This document shows positions 8,783 to 18,867 of a stretch of DNA of 64,000 bases, piece after piece. This DNA comes from Nitrospirota bacterium (lineage in GTDB: Bacteria; Nitrospirota; JACRHJ01). A program made the translations under genes and the position numbers. The notes under the pieces are model-generated. The model ran no database searches, was not told the origin of the DNA, and saw only the letters and a list, made by a program, of their open reading frames with translations. The stretch covers positions 413,917 through 477,916 of the forward strand of contig JAJYHX010000001.1 of the NCBI GenBank assembly GCA_021784575.1, in the 5' to 3' direction. Position 1 is the stretch's first letter, and each line of letters opens with the position of its first letter.

Positions 8783-9964
8783 TTACGCTGTCTGCTGTCT
8801 TAAAAAGTCCTTGTAAATCGGGCTGAAGCTCCTTAGTTTCTCCACGACCTTCGGGAGCGCCTCCAGCACCTTGTCCACGTCCTCCTCCGTATTTTCCCTG
8901 CCGAAAGACATCCGGAGCGCGCCGTGGCTCTTCTCCGGCGGGACGCCCATCGCCGCCAGGACGTGCGACGGCTCCAGCGCGTCGGAGGTGCACGCCGAAC
9001 CGGACGCGGCGCAGATGCCGTGCTCGTCGAGGCTGAGGATTATGGACTCGCCCTCGACGTACTCGAATATCACGTTCAGCGTCCCCGCGAGCCTCATGGC
9101 CGGATGGCCGTTAAGCTTCACGTGCGGGACCTTCGCCTTTATCCCCTCCCAGAGCCTGTCCCGAAGCTTCAGGAGCCGGGCCTCCTCGGCCGGCCCTTCG
9201 GCGGCCATAAGCTCGGCGGCCCTGCCGAAGCCGACAATCCCCGGGACGTTCTCCGTGCCGGGCCGGAGCGAGCGCTCCTGGTGTCCGCCGAACATTATAG
9301 GGAGTATCTTCGTCCCCTTCCGGACATACAGAAGCCCTACCCCCTTGGGGCCGTAAATCTTGTGCGACGACGCGGAGAGGAGGTCCGCTCCGAGCTCGTT
9401 CACGTTTACGGAGAGCTTCCCGAAGCTCTGGACGGCGTCGGTATGGAAGGTAATTTTGCGCGCCTTTGCCATCTTGCCTATCTCGGCAATCGGCTGGATG
9501 GTGCCGACCTCGTTGTTCGCGTGCATTATGCTGATAAGCGTCGTGCCGGAGGTGATGGAGCGCTCCACGTCGGCGGGATTTACCATCCCGTATTCATCCA
9601 CGGGGAGATACGTGACCTGCCAGCCTTCCTTCTCAAGGGCCTTGCAGGGGTTAAGCACCGCGTGGTGCTCGATCTTCGTCGTGATTATGTGATTGCCCTT
9701 TTTCCTGTTAGCCCTTGCGGCGCCGAGCACGGCGATATTGTCGCTCTCCGTGCCGCCGCTTGTGAATATCACTTCCTCCCTGTTGCAGCCGAGTATCCCC
9801 GCCATGATGTCCCTCGCTCGCTCCATCTCGACATGGGCTTCATGGCCGACGCAGTAAAGCGTGGAGGGGTTGCCGTAACAGCCCTTCAGCATACCTGCAA
9901 GCGCCTCCACAACCTCCGGCCTGACCGGGGTGGTGGCGTTATTGTCAAGATAAATCCTGCCCAT
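8783..9964 (-). CDS. iscS: Cysteine desulfurase (NifS/IscS, class V aminotransferase)
   Basis: 393 aa; MGRIYLDNNATTPVRPEVVEA...; PLP-lysine motif SASSHKIYGPKG; catalytic Cys loop AASGSACTS. Confidence 0.85.
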   Translation of the reverse strand: MGRIYLDNNATTPVRPEVVEALAGMLKGCYGNPSTLYCVGHEAHVEMERARDIMAGILGCNREEVIFTSGGTESDNIAVLGAARANRKKGNHIITTKIEHHAVLNPCKALEKEGWQVTYLPVDEYGMVNPADVERSITSGTTLISIMHANNEVGTIQPIAEIGKMAKARKITFHTDAVQSFGKLSVNVNELGADLLSASSHKIYGPKGVGLLYVRKGTKILPIMFGGHQERSLRPGTENVPGIVGFGRAAELMAAEGPAEEARLLKLRDRLWEGIKAKVPHVKLNGHPAMRLAGTLNVIFEYVEGESIILSLDEHGICAASGSACTSDALEPSHVLAAMGVPPEKSHGALRMSFGRENTEEDVDKVLEALPKVVEKLRSFSPIYKDFLRQQTA

Positions 9965-10119
9965 TACATCACGCTCCTTTCAAAATGCCGAACAACTCTC
10001 CCCCATTTCGCAAGCCTTTATATATACCTAATTCTAACCCTGAATGTCAACTATGTCTATAAAATTAAGTAAAAAAACCCGTCTTCGCATCCGTGCCCGT
10101 CACTCCCGCCCCTCATGTT

Positions 10120-10193
10120 TGTCATTCCCGCGAAAGCGGGAATCCGGGAAGTTTAAAATTCCTGGGCCCCGTGTCAAGCACGGGGTGACAGGC
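10120..10193 (+). repeat. MITE-like repeat family A, reference copy (terminal inverted repeats TGTCATTCCCG / CGGGGTGACA with two internal hairpins)
   Basis: tgtcattcccgcgaaagcgggaatccgggaagtttaaaattcctgggccccgtgtcaagcacggggtgacagg. Hairpins are ttcccgc-gaaa-gcgggaa and ccccgtg-tcaagca-cgggg. Related copies at 8672, 25263, 28125, 53750. Confidence 0.65.
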
Positions 10194-10227
10194 CTTACTT
10201 CTTACCAGAGCACGAACGCGAAGAACG

Positions 10228-10530
10228 TTATTTTTTAACCTGCCTCCCCAGTAACTTCTCTATGGACGCCACCTTCCCCTCGATCCTGTTCGTCCGTGTC
10301 TTCCTGTCGTCGATGCTTATCTCCGTGATGACGCGCTCCGTCTGGCCGGCCAGGAGCTGGTGGCATCTTTTTATAAGCCCCATGACCTCGTCCCAATCGC
10401 CCTCCACGACCGTCCCCATCGCGTTTACCTTGTATGGCAGGCCGGATTCGTCCACCACCTTTATAACCTTCGCCACATGCTCCGATACGGACGCCCCGAC
10501 CATCGGCCACATGGAAAATTCCACGACCAT
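10228..10530 (-). CDS. MTH1187/YkoF family protein (DUF77, thiamine-binding-like), 100 aa
   Basis: MVVEFSMWPMVGASVSEHVAKVIKVVDESGLPYKVNAMGTVVEGDWDEVMGLIKRCHQLL: typical family signature (V.EFSI.P.G...S.S.YVA). The track ORF is extended by 20 spurious N-terminal codons. Confidence 0.6.
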   Translation of the reverse strand: MVVEFSMWPMVGASVSEHVAKVIKVVDESGLPYKVNAMGTVVEGDWDEVMGLIKRCHQLLAGQTERVITEISIDDRKTRTNRIEGKVASIEKLLGRQVKK

Positions 10531-10832
10531 GACGCACCTCCATAAAAAATGAACTGCAGGGGCGGTTACATGCCACGAGCTCGGCCACAATGGCCTGCTT
10601 TAAATTAGACCGTGGCTAAGAAACCGGCCCTGCAGGAACGGACTGTATAAGTTATTATGATTAAGATTAACAGAACGGGCGGAATCTGTAAAGCCGGCAG
10701 ACCGGCTTCGGGCCGGTGCAGGGCCTAACGACGCCCCAGGATTCCGTATTTTCCCGTTGATTTTTATAACCCCTTGTGTTATCAATTAGTTTTACGCGTG
10801 AAAGTTGTTTCCATTAATTAAATTTAACTACC

Positions 10833-12038
10833 ATGTCAACTGATAAACTGATAGAAGAGTCCAAGAAGTATCTCTTTAATACTTACGGGCGGTTTCCCGT
10901 GGTGTTCGTCCGGGGCAGGGGCATGAAACTGTGGGACTCCGACGGCAAGGAGTACACGGATTTTCTCTCCGGCATAGCAGTGAACAACCTTGGGCACTGC
11001 CATCCGAAGGTTGTGATTGCGCTTCAGAAGCAGGCCCAGAAGCTTATCCACGTCTCGAACTACTTCCACATCGAGCCGCAGATAAAGCTTGCGAAGGCCC
11101 TGTGCCAGAACTCGTTCGCGGACAGGGTGTTTTTCTGCAACTCCGGCGCGGAGGCGAACGAGGCGGCCATCAAGCTCGCCCGGAAGTATGCCAAAAACAA
11201 CATGGTGGGGCAAAGGCACGAGATTATCACCGCCCTGAAGTCGTTCCACGGCAGGACGATGGCCACGATTACCGCGACCGGCCAGGAGAAGTTCCAGAGC
11301 GCGTTCACGCCGCTTCTGCCGGGTTTCAAATACGTCCCGTTCGGGGACGCGGGTGCGATACGGGACGCCATTACGGAGAAGACCTGCGCCGTCATGATGG
11401 AGCCTATACAGGCGGAGGGAGGCGTCAACATCCCGCCGGAGGATTATTTCGGCGAGCTCCGGGCGCTGTGCGACGAGAAGGGGCTTCTTCTCATCCTCGA
11501 CGAGGTGCAGACCGGCATGGGACGCACCGGGAGGCTTTTCGCACATGAACACTACGGCATAAAGCCGGACATTATGACGCTTGCGAAGGCCCTTGGCGGC
11601 GGGACGGCAATCGGGGCCTGCCTTGCCACGGAGAAGGCGGCGGAGGCTTTCTCTCCGGGCGACCACGCCTCGACGTTCGGCGGCAATCCGCTGGCCTGCG
11701 CGGCGGGGCTTGCATCGCTTGAGGCCATACTCGAAGACGGCTGGCTCATCGGGTCCTGCGCGAGGATGGGGGAATATTTCACGAAGGAGCTTTTAAAGCT
11801 CAAGGAAAAATATTATTTCATAAGGGATGTCCGGGGCAGGGGGCTTTTAATCGGCATGGAGCTCGATTTCGACGCCGCGCCGATAGTCAGGCAGGCGCTC
11901 GCGGAGGGTTTCGTGATAAATTCGACAATGGGCAGCGTGCTGAGGTTCGTGCCGCCACTTGTCGTTACGGAAGAGGAGATCGACGCGCTGGTGGAGACAT
12001 TGGACAGGATATTCGAAGGCAGGCTGCACCATGACTAA
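10833..12038 (+). CDS. argD: Acetylornithine aminotransferase
   Basis: 401 aa class-III aminotransferase; ...NLGHCHPKVV...; ILDEVQTGMGRTG PLP motif; operon with argF/argG/argH. Confidence 0.85.
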   Translation: MSTDKLIEESKKYLFNTYGRFPVVFVRGRGMKLWDSDGKEYTDFLSGIAVNNLGHCHPKVVIALQKQAQKLIHVSNYFHIEPQIKLAKALCQNSFADRVFFCNSGAEANEAAIKLARKYAKNNMVGQRHEIITALKSFHGRTMATITATGQEKFQSAFTPLLPGFKYVPFGDAGAIRDAITEKTCAVMMEPIQAEGGVNIPPEDYFGELRALCDEKGLLLILDEVQTGMGRTGRLFAHEHYGIKPDIMTLAKALGGGTAIGACLATEKAAEAFSPGDHASTFGGNPLACAAGLASLEAILEDGWLIGSCARMGEYFTKELLKLKEKYYFIRDVRGRGLLIGMELDFDAAPIVRQALAEGFVINSTMGSVLRFVPPLVVTEEEIDALVETLDRIFEGRLHHD

Positions 12039-12975
12039 GGACCTCCTTACCCTGGCTTCTTTTCCGGACAAGGATTTCTTCAAGGTCCTTGAGCGGGCGG
12101 AGACGCTCAAGGCCGTCCGTGCAGGAGGAGAGGAGAGGTTTACGCTAAAGGGCCGGTCTCTCGCCATGATATTCGAGAAGTCCTCGACGCGCACGCGGGT
12201 GTCCTTCGAGGCCGGGATGTCCCAGCTCGGCGGACATGCGATATTCCTCTCGCCCGCCGATACCCAGATAGGACGGGGCGAGGAGATAAGGGACACGGCA
12301 AGGGTGCTCTCGAGGTATGTGGACGCGATAATGGTCCGGACATACTCGCAGGAGTCCGTCGAGGAAATGGCGGAATATGCGTCCGTGCCCGTGATAAACG
12401 GCCTCACCGACAAGCATCACCCCTGCCAGGTGCTGGCCGACCTCCTTACGATAAAGGAGAGGTTCGGAAGGCTTGAGGGCCTCAGGCTCGCATATGTAGG
12501 CGACGGCAACAACATGGCGAACTCCCTCATCGAGGGCTGCGTCAAGGCCGGCATCGACATCTCGCTTGCCTGCCCCGAGGGCTACGACCCCGACCCCGGC
12601 GTCCTCGCATGGGCGAAGGCCGGTCAACCGGCGGCGAAGGGAGCGGGGAGAGCGAAAAAAGGGAAAGTAAGTCTTGTGCGGGAACCGCAGGCCGCCGCGG
12701 AGGGCGCGGACATCCTGTATACCGACGTCTGGGCCTCGATGGGCCAGGAGTCCGAAAAGACTGCAAGGCGAAAGCGTTTCAAGGGTTTCCAGATAAACGG
12801 GAAGCTGATAGGGAAGGCAAATCCCGGCTGCATCGTCCTGCACTGCCTCCCGGCGCACAGGGGCGAGGAAATAACGGACGAGGCCATGGAGGGCGTAAAT
12901 TCCGCCGTTTTCGACCAGGCTGAGAACCGCCTTCATGCGCAGAAGGCGCTTCTGGAACTGCTTATAACGGGCTGA
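12031..12975 (+). CDS. argF: Ornithine carbamoyltransferase
   Basis: Starts MTKDLLTLASF... at the ATG at 12031, overlapping argD stop by 8 nt. STRTR carbamoyl-phosphate motif (FEKSSTRTRVSFE), HPCQ and HCLP motifs. The track ORF start at 11959 is an upstream extension. Confidence 0.85.
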   Translation: MTKDLLTLASFPDKDFFKVLERAETLKAVRAGGEERFTLKGRSLAMIFEKSSTRTRVSFEAGMSQLGGHAIFLSPADTQIGRGEEIRDTARVLSRYVDAIMVRTYSQESVEEMAEYASVPVINGLTDKHHPCQVLADLLTIKERFGRLEGLRLAYVGDGNNMANSLIEGCVKAGIDISLACPEGYDPDPGVLAWAKAGQPAAKGAGRAKKGKVSLVREPQAAAEGADILYTDVWASMGQESEKTARRKRFKGFQINGKLIGKANPGCIVLHCLPAHRGEEITDEAMEGVNSAVFDQAENRLHAQKALLELLITG

Positions 12976-13058
12976 AGTCCGTTAAAGGTCAGCCCTTGTT
13001 GGTATATAATTGAGACACAGGGTTCCCGGACTGTCAAACAGTTAAAAGAGGTCCCCCT

Positions 13059-13799
13059 ATGAAGAAATTGCTGGTTGTTTTATGGCTTGCCGCGGTTTTG
13101 GCGCCGAGCGCCGCCTATTGCGAACAGAGCAAGATAGGCAGCCTGCTCGACAAGATCCTCGGACGGGCAAAGACTACGTCCTCGACGCTTGAACAGTCGG
13201 TCAAGCCGGGGAAGAAAGTGAATTATATAATCAGGCTTAGAAACGGCGGGAAAATAAAAACCGACAACTATACCGTCCTGAGAAACTCCATCCGCATAAT
13301 ACTCCCTTCCGGCGCGATTGTCATAAGCAAGGGCGAGATAAGGGATATACAGGTGGTCAACTCCGACGAGGTGGGCACGACGGTGCAGAAGTCCTTCGCC
13401 AGGACTCCCGGCTCCGGGGGCGCGGCGAAAAAAGAGGAGCTTGTCCCGGCGCCGGCCCCGGCCAACCCGGCGGCCCCGGGCTATAACACGGATAACTACG
13501 GCCATAACCGGTTCTGGTGGAAGGCCCGGATTAATAACTGGAAGAAAAAATACCGGAAGGCGGCGGAGAAATACAAGGAGGCCAGCGACGACTGGAGCCG
13601 GTACAACGGACTCCTTACAACCGTGAGCCCGACGTCCATCTCCGACTACCAGGTGACGGAATATCAGGACATGCGGGGCGCGGCGAGGGTCCGGATGGAC
13701 GACGCGCAGAAGGAAATGGACAAGGCCCAGAACATGATAAACAACGTCATCCCGGACGAGGCCAGGAAGGACGGCGCGCCGCCGGGATGGGTAAGGTAA
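13059..13799 (+). CDS. Hypothetical secreted protein inserted between argF and argG
   Basis: 246 aa; signal peptide MKKLLVVLWLAAVLAPSAAYC; Pro/Ala-rich linker; no recognisable domain. Confidence 0.45.
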   Translation: MKKLLVVLWLAAVLAPSAAYCEQSKIGSLLDKILGRAKTTSSTLEQSVKPGKKVNYIIRLRNGGKIKTDNYTVLRNSIRIILPSGAIVISKGEIRDIQVVNSDEVGTTVQKSFARTPGSGGAAKKEELVPAPAPANPAAPGYNTDNYGHNRFWWKARINNWKKKYRKAAEKYKEASDDWSRYNGLLTTVSPTSISDYQVTEYQDMRGAARVRMDDAQKEMDKAQNMINNVIPDEARKDGAPPGWVR

Positions 13800-13805
13800 G
13801 GAGAT

Positions 13806-15017
13806 ATGGTGGATAAAGGCGTCAGGAAGGTCGTCCTCGCTTATTCCGGGGGGCTGGATACATCCGTCATCATAAAATGGCTCATCGAGAACTACCACTG
13901 CGAGGTCATAGCCTTCTCGGCGGACCTGGGCCAGGGGGAAGAACTCTCTCCGCTTAACGAAAAGGCGATAAAAACCGGCGCATCGAAGATATATATCGAA
14001 GACTTGAAAGAGGAGTTCGTCCGGGACTTTGTCTTCCCGATGCTCAGGGCGAACGCGCTCTATGAGGGCAGATACCTGCTGGGCACTTCAATCGCCAGGC
14101 CGCTTATCGCAAGGCGCCAGATAGAAATAGCCCTTGCCGAGGGCGCGGACGCGGTATCCCACGGCGCGACGGGCAAGGGAAACGACCAGGTGCGCTTCGA
14201 GCTCGCGTATTACGCCCTCAAGCCCGATGTCAGGGTCATCGCGCCCTGGCGCGAGTGGAGCTTCAAGTCCCGCGAAGACCTTATCGACTACGCCCAGAGA
14301 CACGGCATACCCGTTACGGCGACAAAGAGCAAGCCCTTTTCCACGGACAGGAACCTCCTGCACATCAGCTACGAGGGCGGCATACTCGAAGACCCGTGGA
14401 TGGAGTCCACGCGCGACATGTACACCATGGCGGCGCCCGTCGAGGACGCTCCGGACAGGCCCGTATACGTAGAGGTGGATTACGAAGGCGGCAGCCCCGC
14501 CGCGATAAACGGCGTCCGGATGAGCCCTGGAAAGCTCCTTTCGGAGGCGAACAGGCTCGCCGGAGAGAACGGCGTCGGACGCGTTGACCTCGTTGAGAAC
14601 AGGTTTGTCGGGATGAAGTCCCGCGGGGTATACGAGACGCCGGGCGGGACGCTGCTACATGCCGCGCACCGCGCCGTCGAGAGCATCACTCTGGACAGGG
14701 AGGTCATGCACCTGCGGGATTCGCTCGTGCCGAGGTATGCCGAGCTGGTGTACTACGGCTTCTGGTATTCTCCGGAGCGCGAGCTCATGCAGGGGCTTAT
14801 CGACGATACGCAGAAGAACGTCACCGGGACGGCGAGGCTTAAGCTCTACAAGGGCAACTGCGATGTCGTCGGCAGGAAGTCCGCCTGCTCGCTCTATCAC
14901 CCGGAATTCGCCACGTTCGGGGAAGAGGCGGTATACAACCAGCATGACGCGGAAGGGTTCATCAGGATAAACGCGCTGAGGCTCCGCATCCGCGCGCTGC
15001 TCGGGGGCAAGGCATGA
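13806..15017 (+). CDS. argG: Argininosuccinate synthase
   Basis: 403 aa; [14 protein letters not shown]-loop-like motif at N-terminus; conserved across length. Confidence 0.9.
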   Translation: MVDKGVRKVVLAYSGGLDTSVIIKWLIENYHCEVIAFSADLGQGEELSPLNEKAIKTGASKIYIEDLKEEFVRDFVFPMLRANALYEGRYLLGTSIARPLIARRQIEIALAEGADAVSHGATGKGNDQVRFELAYYALKPDVRVIAPWREWSFKSREDLIDYAQRHGIPVTATKSKPFSTDRNLLHISYEGGILEDPWMESTRDMYTMAAPVEDAPDRPVYVEVDYEGGSPAAINGVRMSPGKLLSEANRLAGENGVGRVDLVENRFVGMKSRGVYETPGGTLLHAAHRAVESITLDREVMHLRDSLVPRYAELVYYGFWYSPERELMQGLIDDTQKNVTGTARLKLYKGNCDVVGRKSACSLYHPEFATFGEEAVYNQHDAEGFIRINALRLRIRALLGGKA

Positions 15018-16417
15018 CCGATAAACCCTGGGGCGGGAGGTTCGAGGGCCCGACGGATGAGTTCGTGGAGGAGTTCACGGCCTCGGTCCCGTTCGACAGG
15101 CGGCTTTGGCGCTACGACATCGCCGGGAGCCTCGCCCACGCCAGGATGCTCGGGCGGCAGGGTATCATATCGCCCGAAGAGGCGGACAGGATCGTCCACG
15201 GCCTCGAAGAGGTCATGGGCGAGATCGAGCGCGGGGAGTTCGTCTGGAAGACCGGGCTTGAGGACGTCCACATGAACATCGAGGCCCGCCTCGTCGAGAA
15301 GACGGGCGACGCCGGACGCAAGCTCCATACCGCAAGGAGCAGGAACGACCAGGTCGCGCTCGACGTAAAGCTTTACTTAAAGGACGAGTGCGCCGCCTGC
15401 GCGAACCTCATAGACCGCCTCCAGGAAGCCGTCCTCGAGAAAGCCGAGAGGCATATCGACATTATCATGCCCGGCTACACCCACCTCCAGCGCGCCCAGC
15501 CGGTGCTTTTTTCGCACCACCTCATGGCCTACTACGAGATGCTTGAGAGAGACTCGGGCCGCTTCTCCGACGCCCTTAAGCGCGGGGACGCGATGCCGCT
15601 CGGCTCGGGGGCTCTCGCCGGGACGGGCTATCCGATAGACCGTTCGTTCGTCTCGCTGATGCTCCGTTTCCAGGGGCCGACACATAACAGCATGGACTCC
15701 GTCTCCGACCGGGACTTCAACCTCGAATACCTTTCCGCATGTTCGATACTTATGATGCACCTCTCGCGCCTCGCGGAGGAGCTGGTGCTCTGGTCAACGG
15801 GCGAGTTCGGCTTCATAAGCCTTCCCGACCGCTGCTGCACCGGCTCGTCCATCATGCCGCAGAAGAAGAACCCGGATGTCCCGGAGCTCGTGCGCGGGAA
15901 GACCGGCAGGGTATACGGAGACCTGATGGCCCTGCTCACGGTCATGAAGGGCCTGCCGCTTGCGTATAACAAGGACATGCAGGAGGACAAGGAGCCGGTC
16001 TTCGACGCCGCGGACACCGTCCGGGGATGCCTTCGGGCCATGACGGACATAGTCTTCGGCATGGAGCCCGATGCGCAAAAGATGGCCGCGGCGGCAGGCG
16101 GGAGCTATTCCACGGCGACCGACCTCGCGGACTGGCTGGCAAGGCATGGCGTGCCGTTTCGGAGCGCGCACGAGATTGTCGGGAAGCTTGTCAGGAAGCT
16201 CTCGGAGTCCGGGCGCGGCATGGACGAGGTTACGCTTGCCGAGCTTAAGGAGTTTTATCCCGGAGCCGACGAGAGCGCGTTATCCGCCCTGAAGGTTGAA
16301 AACTCCGTCGCCGCAAGAAACCATACCGGCGGCACGGCCAGGGAGGCCGTCCTCGGGCGCATAAATTCCGTCCGCGAGCTGAGGGCCGGAACCGCGAAAA
16401 CGTCCCCGCGCGACTGA
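15014..16417 (+). CDS. argH: Argininosuccinate lyase
   Basis: 467 aa; [12 protein letters not shown]...; fumarate-lyase signature [12 protein letters not shown]. Confidence 0.9.
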   Translation: MTDKPWGGRFEGPTDEFVEEFTASVPFDRRLWRYDIAGSLAHARMLGRQGIISPEEADRIVHGLEEVMGEIERGEFVWKTGLEDVHMNIEARLVEKTGDAGRKLHTARSRNDQVALDVKLYLKDECAACANLIDRLQEAVLEKAERHIDIIMPGYTHLQRAQPVLFSHHLMAYYEMLERDSGRFSDALKRGDAMPLGSGALAGTGYPIDRSFVSLMLRFQGPTHNSMDSVSDRDFNLEYLSACSILMMHLSRLAEELVLWSTGEFGFISLPDRCCTGSSIMPQKKNPDVPELVRGKTGRVYGDLMALLTVMKGLPLAYNKDMQEDKEPVFDAADTVRGCLRAMTDIVFGMEPDAQKMAAAAGGSYSTATDLADWLARHGVPFRSAHEIVGKLVRKLSESGRGMDEVTLAELKEFYPGADESALSALKVENSVAARNHTGGTAREAVLGRINSVRELRAGTAKTSPRD

Positions 16418-17757
16418 TGGACCGTGAAACAAGGGAGCTTCTCACACAGATATACCGCGCCGCAGTCTCCGCCGCGGACGCCTATTCCTGCGTAAAGGAA
16501 AACCTCGCCCTCGAAGCCGAAGCCGGTCTGCCGGCGGCCGCGCTTGTAATAAACAATTCCCGCTATCTTCTTTCCGAAATTAAAAACATATATGTAATCG
16601 CCGCAGGGAAGGCCGCTTACGGCATGGCGAAGGCGGCTGAAGACGTCCTTGGGGACATGGTCAGGGAAGGCGTCTTTGTCACAGCCGGGGGCTACGGCGG
16701 CAGGGCGCTTTCACGGATTCAGGGCTTCGAGGCCTCCCATCCCCTCCCGGACGGCCGGGGCATAATCGCCGCCGGGCGTATAATGGAGCTTGCAGGAAGG
16801 GCCTCCGCGAACGACCTCGTCCTGTGTCTTCTCTCCGGAGGCGCGTCCTCGCTCATGGTCCTTCCGGCGGAGGGTATAAGCCTGAAGGACAAGCAGGAGG
16901 TAACGAGGCTCCTGCTTGCGTCCGGCGCGGACATAGGCGAGATAAACTGCGTCCGCAAGCACCTCTCCGCCGTCAAGGGCGGCAGGCTCGCCGAGGCCAT
17001 TTCCCCGGCCATGACGGTGAGCGTCATAATCTCGGACGTCGCGGGCGACGACACGGGCGTCATAGCCTCCGGCCCGACAGCCCCGGACGAGACGACCTGC
17101 CTCCAGGCCCTTGAGATATTGAAGATAAGGGGCGTATACGAAAGAATCCCGCCGTCCGTCCGGGAACGCCTGCAAAAAGGCGCGTCCGGACTGATACCGG
17201 AGACGCCGAAGCCAGGGGACGCCATTTTCGGAAGAGTTACGAACTTTGTCGCGGCCTCCAATGCCGCGGCCCTTGCAAAGGCGTCGGAGATGGCCGCATA
17301 CCTGGGCTACAGGCCGTATATCCTCAACGGTCTCCTCGCCGGAGAGGCGCGGGATGCGGCAAAGCGGCTTGCCCGGGAAGCGTTCCAGCACAAAAGGGCG
17401 AGGCGGCCGACCCCGGCATGTCTCCTGGCGGGCGGAGAGACGACCGTAACCGTAAAAGGAGACGGCATAGGCGGCAGGAACCAGGAGACGGCGCTTGCGT
17501 TCGCCATAGAGATAAAAGGGGACAGGCGCGTGTCCGCCCTTTTCGCCGGCACCGACGGTATCGACGGCCCGACGGACGCCGCCGGGGCGTTCGTCGGCGG
17601 AGAGACGATAAAAGACGCCGGGGACAAGGGGCTAAGCGCCGGGGATTATTTGCAAAATAACGACTCGAACAGCTTCTTCGGAAAGACCGGCGGCCTCTTC
17701 TCGCCGGGGCCTACCGGCACGAACGTGATGGATATAGGCGTTATATTGGTAAAGTGA
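16417..17757 (+). CDS. Glycerate 2-kinase (MOFRL family, GckA/TtuD-like)
   Basis: 446 aa; DUF4147-MOFRL architecture (…LLSGGASSLMVLP…KHLSAVKGG…ISDVAGDD…); start overlaps argH stop (TGATGG). Confidence 0.65.
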   Translation: MDRETRELLTQIYRAAVSAADAYSCVKENLALEAEAGLPAAALVINNSRYLLSEIKNIYVIAAGKAAYGMAKAAEDVLGDMVREGVFVTAGGYGGRALSRIQGFEASHPLPDGRGIIAAGRIMELAGRASANDLVLCLLSGGASSLMVLPAEGISLKDKQEVTRLLLASGADIGEINCVRKHLSAVKGGRLAEAISPAMTVSVIISDVAGDDTGVIASGPTAPDETTCLQALEILKIRGVYERIPPSVRERLQKGASGLIPETPKPGDAIFGRVTNFVAASNAAALAKASEMAAYLGYRPYILNGLLAGEARDAAKRLAREAFQHKRARRPTPACLLAGGETTVTVKGDGIGGRNQETALAFAIEIKGDRRVSALFAGTDGIDGPTDAAGAFVGGETIKDAGDKGLSAGDYLQNNDSNSFFGKTGGLFSPGPTGTNVMDIGVILVK

Positions 17758-17856
17758 ATTTTCTTGTAAACCTTTAACCCGGCTGGCCGTCTAACATTCG
17801 CGCTGGGATTAAAACCCATTTTTTTTTATGGCCCACCGGGCCGGGAGGAAAGAGGA

Positions 17857-18249
17857 ATGAAGAAGATTCTCGCAGGACTGATTATGGCCGTGCTTTTGGC
17901 CGCCCCGATGTCCATGGCTTTCGCGCAGAGCGCGAGCGCCGCTCCCGCCGCCAAGACCGCGGCGAAGAAGAAGGTAAAGAAGGCCAAGAAAAAGGCCGTC
18001 AAGAAGGCCAAGAAGGGCAAGAAAAGGGTCGTCAAAAAGGCCAAGAAAGCCAGGAGAAGGGTTGTCAGGAAGGCCAAGAAAGGCAAGAAGAGGGTTGTCA
18101 GGAAGGCAATGAAGGGCAAGAAAAGGGTCGCCAGGAAGGCAATGAAGGGCAAGAAAAAGGCCGTCAAAAAGGCAATGAAGGGCAAGAAAAAGGCTGTCAA
18201 AAAGGCCGTTAAAAAGGCCAAGAAAGCCAAAAAGGGAGCAAAGAAGTAA
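17857..18249 (+). CDS. Secreted lysine/alanine-rich repeat protein (histone H1-like polycationic tail), 130 aa
   Basis: Signal peptide MKKILAGLIMAVLLAAPMSMAFA followed by ~100 aa of KKAKKGKKRVV(R/K)KA tandem 11-aa repeats; 33-nt tandem repeats visible in DNA from ~17990 to 18235. Confidence 0.6.
   Translation: MKKILAGLIMAVLLAAPMSMAFAQSASAAPAAKTAAKKKVKKAKKKAVKKAKKGKKRVVKKAKKARRRVVRKAKKGKKRVVRKAMKGKKRVARKAMKGKKKAVKKAMKGKKKAVKKAVKKAKKAKKGAKK
17990..18235 (+). repeat. Tandem ~33-nt coding repeats (KKAKKGKKRVVRKAM units) inside the Lys-rich gene
   Basis: Repeated gtcaggaaggccaagaaaggcaagaagagggtt / gtcaggaaggcaatgaagggcaagaaaagggtc / gccgtcaaaaaggcaatgaagggcaagaaaaaggc units. Confidence 0.7.
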
Positions 18250-18639
18250 GGTTTTTTCCGGGGGCCTTCCCAGCGCGCGATGGTCCCCGGGAAAGCGCGG
18301 TCGGCCACAGTTAACACTGATAAAGGCCGGGACTTCCATGAAAAAGGCAGTCCCGGCCCCCGGCCCTCCGGCAAGGCAGGCCAGACAGTCCAGGCAGATT
18401 TTTCAAATCGGGCGTTTCCCAAACCCTCCAGCCGGAACGCGGGCAGGTCAATAGCCTCCGGACGATTTCCAAACCGGGTATTACCGCGAACCTTCGACCG
18501 AAACCCCGAACACGCCGTCCAGCCGGCGTTGTAAACCTTCTTCGTCTGCCATACGTCTAATATAATAGTTCCGCAGCCGGACGCCATGTTCCCTTGAAGT
18601 AAAGGCCCCGAATGAAGTATAATAGGCGCATACAGGGGC

Positions 18640-18840
18640 CGGGAGTTTAGTGTTCAGGGAGCCGGGCGCCTTGATTCAAAGGGGCATCTCGCTGAGAGAT
18701 GTCCAGCCCCGAGGTTGGTTTCAGGGGCGGGCGCCCTGGTTCAGTCCGGCAGTTTCAGCGCAGTGGGAATAGCCTGGGGCGGGCGCCTGATTTGAGGGCC
18801 GGGTTGTAAAGGCTGAATAAGACCGCCGGGGTTCGACAGG
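18640..18840. promoter_or_regulatory. Three imperfect direct repeats (core GGGCGCCYTGRTTYARR, ~57-60 bp spacing) in the 620-bp leader upstream of the ECF sigma factor gene
   Basis: gccgggcgccttgattcaaagggg (18660), ggggcgggcgccctggttcagtccgg (18723), ggggcgggcgcctgatttgagggccgg (18778). Function as operator array or small RNA is inference. Confidence 0.35.
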
Positions 18841-18867
18841 CGCGGCTGTTACACAGAAGGAAAACAT

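Noticed and set aside
10531-10832. TPP riboswitch or ARG box upstream of the MTH1187-like gene and argD
   Set aside because: No CUGAGA/ACCUGAUCUGG TPP core is found on the minus-strand leader. The AT-rich stretch ttaattaaatttaa before argD does not convincingly match a TNTGAATWWWWATTCANW ARG box.
10836-12936. Long antisense ORFs within argD and argF (10836..11666 -, 12145..12936 -)
   Set aside because: They are antisense to genes with strong family signatures, and their products are Arg-rich and low complexity.
17809-18587. Minus-strand ORFs 17809..18339 and 17826..18587 (FLAFL-repeat products)
   Set aside because: They are antisense translation of the KKAKK tandem repeats of the Lys-rich gene. 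The + strand gene has signal peptide, RBS and start.
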